Below, one piece after another: positions 54,111-64,000 of a DNA stretch of 64,000 nucleotides; positions within the stretch are counted from its first letter, which is position 1; each line of letters opens with the position of its first letter. Position numbers and translations under genes: made by a program. Origin of the DNA: Octopus sinensis. Lineage: Eukaryota. The DNA lies in assembly GCF_006345805.1 (NCBI RefSeq), contig NC_043004.1, forward strand, positions 98,146,001-98,210,000, in the 5' to 3' direction. The notes under the pieces were generated by a model. That model did not search any database. It saw only the letters and a program-made list of their open reading frames with translations, and had not been told where the DNA came from.

Positions 54111-56379
54111 CCTGAACATGTTTATGGATTTGTTTAAATCTCCATTTCAATCAATAGCTTATTCTTTATGATGTTCCTGTGAATATTAATTAATTAATTG
54201 CTGTTTGTTCGATTTGTTGGTTTCATCCTGCAGGTTAAATATGTTTGTTATTGTGATTGTTGCTGTTGTAAATATCTTCAAGTCATATTAAGGAAATGGT
54301 TTATATAATTGATCCGATGTTTTCATAATCATTGTGGTTTCATTCCATAGGTTTGTTAATAAAGCCATCGCGAAGTTGGAAAGTAAAAAGAGATAATATA
54401 AAGTATCTCATTGGAAGCTTCTCTTTCTTATGGCCAAGTATAATGATTCCGATCGACTTTGACTTTTTTGCACTTTTGTGATATGTAGCTTTTTCCGTCT
54501 TCAGTTAAAGATCAGTAGCGACTTAATTTCGAATTCCGACATTTTAGTTCAGCCTTGCCATGCCTGTTATTATGATCAATGAAATAATAGTAGACTATGG
54601 AACCTAATTGTACTATAGAGGCACATGGAATTCGAAATCAGGCAAGTAGTTTTATATGCTTCTGATTTTTTATTCTGTCAGCAATTACGCACCAAGTTGT
54701 GATTCCTATCTTGAAAGCTGTTAATTTCTACCTCGGCCTAGCCTCGACAAATAAAAATAAGACTGACTAAATGTATACTTTGAAAAAATATGTATACAGC
54801 TTTTTTCGTACGGGGTCATCTGTTTTAACATTTTTTCTTTACAGCACAAATCATTCCATTGTCACAAAAACACGAAAATATGCATATAAATTTCCCATAA
54901 CATTTCTCCTACATAAATTATTTAATCGACTTATCAATGTATTCTTTTCCAAACCTTGCCTTGATGTGGCAAATTTTTATCTGAAAATTTCCATGATTTC
55001 ATATATGAAAATCTGTTTCTGAGTTGCATTTTAAGATCGCGAATGGTGGCATTTACTGTTATATTGCTGCACAAACAAGATCTATCAAGAACTGTTTTCA
55101 TGCCATTATTTAGGAAATTGAACGAAATTATATATTTATCAACAATTTTTGTTTTATATTGAAGAACCCAAACATTAAATTTCCCATATTGTTAATACAA
55201 CTCTAGAATATGCTTATAATTTATGACCTCAAAACATTTGAACTAACATTTTTCCTAAAGAGACAATTCATGACTGCAACAGCTCTACAGGATTTATGCT
55301 TTTTACAAACTCCTTCAAAATTTTCTGTATTTTACATTTCCCAATCTTTCACAATTCCCTCAGCTAGCCGTATTCCTTTTTATCTGTCTAAACAATTTGC
55401 CACATTTCGTAGCATTTAGTCAAACATTTACCTTGTGGCCACTTCACTTCAACTAAACATAATAGAAACAAGCCATGATGCAACATTCAGTCGTCAGCGC
55501 AGTTGTGACCAAATCAACAGACGTTCAACAGAATCACCTCGTCTTATAGAAGGCGCCCCAAAGACAGCAAATATGGTAAACATGACATCATTCTGCTCTA
55601 CCGAATACCAGAAAATATACACCAACTTCAGTTGAATTACTGTTATCATTCTAGGATTATGCAAATTAATACTTTGGATAGATGTTTTTTCTATTCCGTG
55701 AATGCAAAACACATCTTCGACAACGAAAATAAAGTTTCCTCGTAACTGATCATTTCAACATGCTAACTGTTTTCCCTTTTATATACTTTTTCGGTGGTGA
55801 ATTAATGAATTCAAGGTTAATTTATTTCACATGTACACGTATATTTGCACGCATGTCCATTGACATGAATGCAGACGCAATGCACGGGACAACTTAGTCA
55901 TGCTGCTGTGTAGCAACATGTTTTTGTAGTCTTGCGTTTTCGCATGATCATCAATTAATCATTCATTCGAGGGCCCTATTAAGAGAAGGAAATAATACCA
56001 GATTTCCTCTCTAATGCTTTCATGTGAAAGCGTGTGAAATAGCTGTATTGGCTTTCTAATCTTGAATATTAAGATGCAATTGAATATTTACACACTTGAA
56101 TACAAATCATGGCGAGTATACCCACGGAAATAGATACACCCACTGGTCATAATGGTGTTGAATACAGGAGTATTTAAAATGCTCACTTATAATATATAAG
56201 ATGCGTTCACTGAACATGCAACATCGTCTTTTAAATAGAAATTATTTTTCTACGCTTGTCGATAGCAATCAATGAGTTATAGACAACCCCCCGGACTTTA
56301 CATTGTGCATACGTACTACCTAGCAGTTATTTGGGATTCTTGAGTGACATCTGATCGATATCAATAGTTCCTGTTACTT

Positions 56380-56576
56380 AGGCGGTGAGCTGGCAGAATT
56401 GTTAGCACTCCAGGAAAGATCCTGTCTTTACCTTCTGAATTCATATCCTACAGAGGCTGATTTGCTTTTAATCCTTTCGGAGTCTATAAAATAAATACAT
56501 GTTGGACTCGGAGATTGATGTAACTGACTTACTCCCTCTCATGAAATTACTGGTCATGTGCCAACATTTGAAACCG
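56380..56576 (+). mobile_element. SINE family C
   Basis: AGGCGGTGAGCTGGCAGAATTGTTAGCAC head; TTTAATCCTTTCGGAGTCTATAAAATAAATAC domain. Confidence 0.75.
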
Positions 56577-56953
56577 ATTTTTCCTGTTAGTAATTTTTCA
56601 ACTTCTGCCGTTTTCGTTAACTCTTGTTTTATAATGATTTTTATTAATAACTACTTTCTAAAAAAACAGCTATGCCATTTTGAGTGTGTTTTACTATTGA
56701 CCTGTTTGTTGCTATGGTTTTTTAAAAAAGAAGCTAGTCTATTGGCAAGAACTTATCTATTAAGGAACGTAAATATCATTTCTGTTTTTTCTTTTTTTGC
56801 TCAGTAGGATTACTTGTCGGCAGGTGGTAAGTCATTGACATTGCATTCCGGCAAAAATAACAGGCCAGTCGTTATATTGCTTATATTTCACTCAATTTTG
56901 AGTGACAGAATGTGCATACACGCACATACAAACATACATACATGCAGACACAC

Positions 56954-56984
<31 letters not shown>

Positions 56985-58182
56985 CCACGTCTGATCAATA
57001 AGTTTCTGCACTGGTCCTATAAAATCAAAACTACATTACGTACCAATTTGTCATTTAATCTCCGTTAAAGTAGACTCCCTCGGAAGCCACACACTTACTC
57101 CAGCGCTCTTTCCATTGATAGAAGCATTCCTGGAACTCGTTTACCGATTTAATCAGCAGCTGTCTTGTCGCATTTGATTTTTGGAAACAGGAAAATATCA
57201 CAAGGGGCGAGATCTGGAGTATACGGTGGCTGTCTGACCAGGGAAATTCTGTGCCTAGCCAAAGCCTGCCGCAGAAACAAGGCTGAATGGGCAGGTACGT
57301 TGTCATGGTGCACTTGCCACTTACCGGACGCATGCAATTGTGGCCTTTTCCGAAGAATAGTATCCCGCAAACGCCCTAAAACATCACGGTAATAGTCCTA
57401 GTTTACTGTCTGACCAGGTAGAGCATATTCATGATGAATCATCCTCTGGTAGTCGGAGAAAACGGTCAACAGTGTTGCCACATTGCTTCCACAAATTTGT
57501 GCTATCTTCGGGCTCATAGAAGTTGGGCGTCTTCCACTGCGAAAACTGAGCCTTTGTTTCGGGGTCATAGCCACAGTCCTACGACTCACCCGTTATGACC
57601 GTTTCCAAAAAGTTCTTCTTTGTTCTCGACACAATCAGATCATGTGCAAATGAAACCCGAGTGTCTTTTTGCTCAGCTGAAAGCAGTTTGGCCGCGAACT
57701 GGCAGACAAGCGCTACGTACCCAAATCTTCAGTGGACTAAACGGAACCGTAGCTTAGCTGCATACACTCTGATAACTCACGAATGGTGATTCGACAATTT
57801 CCCCTCAGCTGCACGCACATCTACTAGTTGCGGGTCGCGCAGAACGTTCGTCAATATCGACATTTTTTCGGCCATCTAGGAAACGTCTGAACCACTTCTA
57901 CGGTTGAGTACGTCTCATACACTCCTCTCCATACACTTTCTGCAACTTTGAGCTGGTATCACCGAGCTTTTGACAAAATTTGATGCTGGTTCACTGTGAC
58001 GATGACACGGTACACATGTTAAATTCAAGCACTCCGATAAACAGCGGAGGTGAGCTAAAACATTAAACCTTAGTGCGCATGCACAGCAGAGTTCAAGGTC
58101 AATCTGTGCCAAGCGGCATTGCTCTGCGTGCTTTAGCTTCATTACTGTGGCAACAGTCCGGATACATATTGATCAGACCATG
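56985..58182 (-). mobile_element. Decayed near-full-length mariner (DD34D), copy 1
   Basis: TA-flanked TIRs (CCACGTCTGATCAATAAGT / TATTGATCAGACCATG). IKFCQKLG, KWFRRFLDGR, HHDNVPAH, PPYTPDLAPCDIFLFPK and QWKERWSKCVASEGVYF occur across frameshifts. Confidence 0.93.
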
Positions 58183-58216
<34 letters not shown>

Positions 58217-58223
58217 ATATATA

Positions 58224-59422
58224 CCACGTCTGATCAATAAGTTTCTGCACTGGTCCTATAAAATCAAAACTACATTACGTACCAATTTGTCATTTAATCT
58301 CCGTTAAAGTAGACTCCCTCGGAAGCCACACACTTACTCCAGCGCTCTTTCCATTGATAGAAGCATTCCTGGAACTCGTTTACCGATTTAATCAGCAGCT
58401 GTCTTGTCGCATTTGATTTTTGGAAACAGGAAAATATCACAAGGGGCGAGATCTGGAGTATACGGTGGCTGTCTGACCAGGGAAATTCTGTGCCTAGCCA
58501 AAGCCTGCCGCAGAAACAAGGCTGAATGGGCAGGTACGTTGTCATGGTGCACTTGCCACTTACCGGACGCATGCAATTGTGGCCTTTTCCGAAGAATAGT
58601 ATCCCGCAAACGCCCTAAAACATCACGGTAATAGTCCTAGTTTACTGTCTGACCAGGTAGAGCATATTCATGATGAATCATCCTCTGGTAGTCGGAGAAA
58701 ACGGTCAACAGTGTTGCCACATTGCTTCCACAAATTTGTGCTATCTTCGGGCTCATAGAAGTTGGGCGTCTTCCACTGCGAAAACTGAGCCTTTGTTTCG
58801 GGGTCATAGCCACAGTCCTACGACTCACCCGTTATGACCGTTTCCAAAAAGTTCTTCTTTGTTCTCGACACAATCAAGATCATGTGCAAATGAAACCCGA
58901 GTGTCTTTTTGCTCAGCTGAAAGCAGTTTGGCCGCGAACCTGGCAGACAAGCGCTACGTACCCAAATCTTCAGTGGACTAAACGGAACCGTAGCTTAGCT
59001 GCATACACTCTGATAACTCACGAATGGTGATTCGACAATTTCCCCTCAGCTGCACGCACATCTACTAGTTGCGGGTCGCGCAGAACGTTCGTCAATATCG
59101 ACATTTTTTCGGCCATCTAGGAAACGTCTGAACCACTTCTACGGTTGAGTACGTCTCATACACTCCTCTCCATACACTTTCTGCAACTTTGAGCTGGTAT
59201 CACCGAGCTTTTGACAAAATTTGATGCTGGTTCACTGTGACGATGACACGGTACACATGTTAAATTCAAGCACTCCGATAAACAGCGGAGGTGAGCTAAA
59301 ACATTAACCTTAGTGCGCATGCACAGCAGAGTTCAAGGTCAATCTGTGCCAAGCGGCATTGCTCTGCGTGCTTTAGCTTCATTACTGTGGCAACAGTCCG
59401 GATACATATTGATCAGACCATG
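58224..59422 (-). mobile_element. Decayed mariner, copy 2 (tandem, near-identical)
   Basis: Offset 1239 bp; shares the same disabling lesions as copy 1. Confidence 0.93.
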
Positions 59423-59433
59423 TATATATATAT

Positions 59434-59475
<42 letters not shown>

Positions 59476-61451
59476 AATTAAGGACTGAACACAAAAAGTG
59501 GACAGTCAACATGCTAGATATAGACGTCAAATCGCCATTCTCCACAAAAAGTTTATGTTCTCAGATCAAACTCAACACAAAACCAAAGCAATAAATAAGT
59601 GAAAATATACGAACTAAATATTTACTCATGTACTAATTTAGTTTCGGCTGTTATTTTCCGCAAGGAAAAGTGCAGCCATCATCAGCATGGTCCCATATAA
59701 AATGCAATTTGCTGGACTAGATGCCAACACGATACCGAAATATCGCGTGCATGGAGTACGGCCTATTACATTTGAAATATATATTTCAAATGTCTTTACT
59801 TTTGGCGCGATGAGACCCGAGAAAACTAGCCTGCAGCTAATAGTTAGCAGCAGTTAATTTATCGGTTAGAGAACAAATATTTATATAAAATTAAATTTAG
59901 GGTAGAAATTGATATTTATCAATTAGAACCAGTGGTCTAGCATATTAAAGAAAGAATCCGAAGATTAAAATAAATATATATATATATATATATAATGTGA
60001 AGTATTGTTTGGCATCCTTTCTGTCTCGGAGTTGCGCATTTTTTTTTTTTCTAGGTCTAGTCCGGCTGTTATATTTTATTTCCTGTTACATTTCTTGCTG
60101 TGGCTGTGTAGTCCTATCCTGGACAAACACTCCCTCTGGCAGGTACTGCAAATGTAGCGAAGACTGTTCCTGGCTGGTTGTAGTGCCATGGTCTCTTGTT
60201 TATGTCTCTTCCTTTCTTTCCATTTCTCCTCTCTCTTTCTGTCACTCCTCTGTATACCCTCTTTTACTGTACGTCGCCATTCTCCACGGTTGCCGGCGAC
60301 TGCCTCCCAACCGTGAAGTATATTTGCTACTTAAATGCGGCTAACCACTAAGAGTGGATGCTACTATAGCTTGTAGCCCCAGGAGAACATCTTTTCCAGC
60401 TGGCTATTGATACACTTTCTGTGCCCTATCAGTATTTGCAAAGGGAAGCCATCCTTCCCATCGTCGACCTGACGTGATTCGCACGGATCCGGATATCTTG
60501 GTATTTACCCGTCGTTAGAGCACGACAATCACCGGATCCGTGATTGTCCTGCGCTGACAATATGATCTTTTTAGTACTCAAAACCAACAGGTGTCTTTCG
60601 AGAAAGGACGAATTGAATTTAGCTGGCGCGTGTGGTAATGAAGTCTTACTGCAGAGATGCAAAAAGTTTTCTTTCTTCAGTCAAGCACCATATTATCCTC
60701 GCAATTTCTGTTGATTATTCTTGAGATTGCTCCAATCTGGCCAGCACCAAGGGAAAACTAAGCTAAAAGCATTAGATTCTTTGGAAGAAAGCAGCGAATC
60801 TATACAAAAACAAGGACGGAAAAAATGGACAATGTTGCGCAAATATAAATACAATAAAAAAAATACAATAAAAATAATAACATAACATAACAACTGGTGT
60901 CTTTCGACTAAGGACGATTTGAATTAAGCTGGTGCGTATGGAAATGAAGCCTCACGGCAGAGATGCAAAAATTTCACGAACACAGGGAAGAATATCGATG
61001 TTGAACGGACAACGGTCAGACCAAGAAAGAAAGAGCAGGCTTGGCGATCAGTTACATGGGAAGAGAAGAGAGAGAGAAGTAGAAGCAGAGGGACAGAAGA
61101 ATTAAGGAGGGAGTCGTGGTCGGGCTGAGGTAAAACGAACCTTCTACGAAGAAAATGAAATATCCAACCTAGCATGATTGCTACCGTAATAGTAAATCAA
61201 GAGACAGACCTGTCTGATGATAACAATGCGTAAGACATGTAAAGAGAACACGAATAAAACGATATCAATATGCTTTTATAAAATAAGTGTGCTCAGCTCA
61301 ATATTTGATCTTGAGTGCTAAAAAGATCATAAAGATGTTATAGCTATGTGTGCGAGTGTGTGTGTGTATATATGTGTGTATATATATATGTATATATATA
61401 TGTGTATGTATATATATATATATGTGTGTGTGTGTATATATATATATGTAT

Positions 61452-61758
61452 GTGGAGGCGCAATGGCCTAGTGGTTAGGGCAGCGGACTCGCGGTCGCAG
61501 GATCGCGGTTTCGATTCCCAGACCAGGCGGTGTGAGTGTTTATTGAGCGAAAACACCTAAAAGCTCCACGAGGCTCCTGCAGGGGGTGGTGATCCCTGCT
61601 GTACTCTTTCACCACTCTTTCTCCCACTCTTTCTTCTGTTGGCCTGCTCGCTTAGCCAGCGGGGTGGCGTCATTCGAAGGCTAAAACAATGCGAACGCAT
61701 TGTGACCAGCGATGTGTAACAACATCTGATGGTCTGGTCGGTCACGTGATCACGTGAT
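61452..61758 (+). mobile_element. SINE family A, variant A2, full length
   Basis: A head plus complete A2 tail ending GTCACGTGATCACGTGAT; microsatellites on both sides. Confidence 0.92.
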
Positions 61759-61934
61759 ATATGTATGTATGTATGTATGAATGTATGTGTGTATGTATGT
61801 ATCTATGTGTACGTTTGTACAGTAATGCTTGCAAATGTTCAGTCGCTGTCTACAGACAATCGAGAGGGTGCTTATCAAACAAAATGGTTGTTGTGAATCT
61901 CTTGCCTAGCTAAGTGCCGTTCAAATAGATTAAT

Positions 61935-62030
61935 GAAGTCGAGGCTATAGTAAATGCACTTACCCAAGATATGACATAGCGATCAAATCCAGGACCACAT
62001 AATTGCGAACAAAGGCTTCTTGGTTTTTCA
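61935..62030 (-). mobile_element. SINE family B head fragment, degenerate
   Basis: CGAGGCTATAGTAAATGCACTTACCCAAG...GGACCACAT matches the minus-strand B head. Confidence 0.55.
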
Positions 62031-62589
62031 GCTGTATCGGAATCTAACTTGTTATAGCAATGTACGACGCATATACATCACAATAAGTAATATAAAATTG
62101 ATGGTCTGTCTTATCCAAGTTCAACAGTTTTTGAGCTCAATATAGGTATTCTAATCTCAGCCAAAATGTCTAACATCTTATCTAGAAATAGTAATATAAA
62201 GCCTCCCTTTTTAACATAAGAACGTATGAGCCAATAAAAATTTAGCTCTTATATCTAGTACTTTCCATGGATAAATAGACATTCGCACATCAACTCATTA
62301 ATATATTACATACGCACACATACGTACATATATATGTTTGTACGTAAGTAGGTAATGTATGAATGAATGTACGTATGCGTTTGTATATATATACATAATA
62401 TGCGTGCATACACACATACATATCCATACATATATTATACATATACAGGCATACATACATATATATATATATTTGGATCTATTTCTGGATGCATTTACAC
62501 ACATATCGACATTTGATTTATGCTTGCCATTTGTTACTAATATCAAAAGCTATGTGTGTATTCATGAATATATAAATAACAAATAAACA

Positions 62590-62650
<61 letters not shown>

Positions 62651-63133
62651 TATACATATATATGTATATATATATATAGACATACACATATGGATGTATG
62701 TTTATATGTATGTATGCTTGCATGTATGTGCATATGTATGAAGTAAGTATACGCTGCTAGCATATGTATGTAAAATGTTTATACATATGATTGTATATTT
62801 GTAAATGTCACGTTTGAAATATAATACATTTGGCGGTTCAAAGCTAAGAAATTTAAAGCATTTTTGTTTTTGTTTTTTTTTAATGAAACATTGAGGTTTA
62901 GAATGACATTTTGGTATTTGTGTTCGTAGTATTGGGGGAACGTGTAAAATTCTAGATTGTTTGCTATGACAATTTTTCATTACTTCCCAAAATACATAGA
63001 CATGTTCTTATTTTTACATTGCTACATACATACATACGTTTATACATATACATGTTTGAGTGTGTGTGTGTGTGTTGTGTGTGTGTGTGCACATACATGG
63101 AGTTGTGAATATAAGTATACAAAATGCATGCAG

Positions 63134-63192
<59 letters not shown>

Positions 63193-64000
63193 CATATATA
63201 TACATATATATACAGGTACACACATATATATATACATCTATATAACTATGTATATAATGAATAAATGAATATATACATGTACATATATATATATATTTTT
63301 TACATTCATACATATGCGTGTATCCCTCTCTCTCTCTCTCTCTTTATATATATATATATATATATATATATCTTCGTGCTTTACATATACACGATACACG
63401 AACATGCACACAATCGTGCGTATACATGCATACGCATGTGCTAGCATATTGTCATCTGTGTCGGTGAAGAACATTTATAATGTATTGATGCAATAAATAG
63501 ATATAACCACTGCAACTTATGTAAAAGGAAATTCTAGCAGTATTTTTGCTTGATTGATTGTTTAAACATTTATATTTTATTTGTCTTTGTATTTTATTTT
63601 CGGCTAGACGTCTTTGTGTTTCTGATAATTTTTGCGAGATTTTATTTCTTCAGTCAATTTCTAAATAAAGAATTTTCAAATTTTAGAGTTAAAATATTCG
63701 TAAAAATGATTATCGGCAGTTTCTGAGCCCGTTTACACTTCATAGATAGTGCGCCAAAAATGTTCAGAATTTGCAGCCACTAAGTAGTAAGCTCAGCCAA
63801 ACACAGTATTGTAGATCTTGGGACTGAAGTGAAAGACAAATGAAAATGTAAGCTGAGGCTTATGAGGAACATTATACTAAAGAACTTCCACTGAAGTAAA
63901 ACGTGATAAATGAATTTGGTAGTGATGTCAGTCGTTTTTCCTACTACCTCTACGATTAGTCTTTAAGTAAGCATTACTGATGCCATAATTCCAGCAGAGG

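Noticed and set aside
59768-59793. 26-bp perfect palindrome ACATTTGAAATATATATTTCAAATGT
   Set aside because: Short, AT-only core; expected in this composition.

Overview
AT-rich, microsatellite-dense eukaryotic DNA. It is most likely an octopus (coleoid cephalopod); this is inferred from the tRNA-derived SINE families and the (TA)n/(TACA)n/(TATC)n load. I cannot support any intact host protein-coding gene, rRNA, true tRNA or CRISPR array, so the window reads as a giant intron or intergenic tract. Nearly all long ORFs in the track are translations of microsatellites or SINEs. Recognisable content: three SINE families (about 20 copies), decayed Tc1/mariner transposons, an RTE LINE 3' end, a probable R4/Dong LINE remnant, two Penelope-like (PLE) GIY-YIG remnants, and two tandem duplications with a ~1.23 kb period and breakpoints in (TA)n. 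The most striking pattern is about 8 fold-back (inverted-arm) elements that are mostly unrelated in sequence. Most abut (TA)n, and most carry hammerhead-ribozyme-like cores in their arms. They range from PLE ORF remnants with inverted termini down to ~250-bp pure hairpins with 14-19 nt loops. All ribozyme and structure calls were made by eye and need computational and experimental confirmation. Near-identical duplicates differ mainly by homopolymer indels, which suggests residual long-read errors in the assembly.
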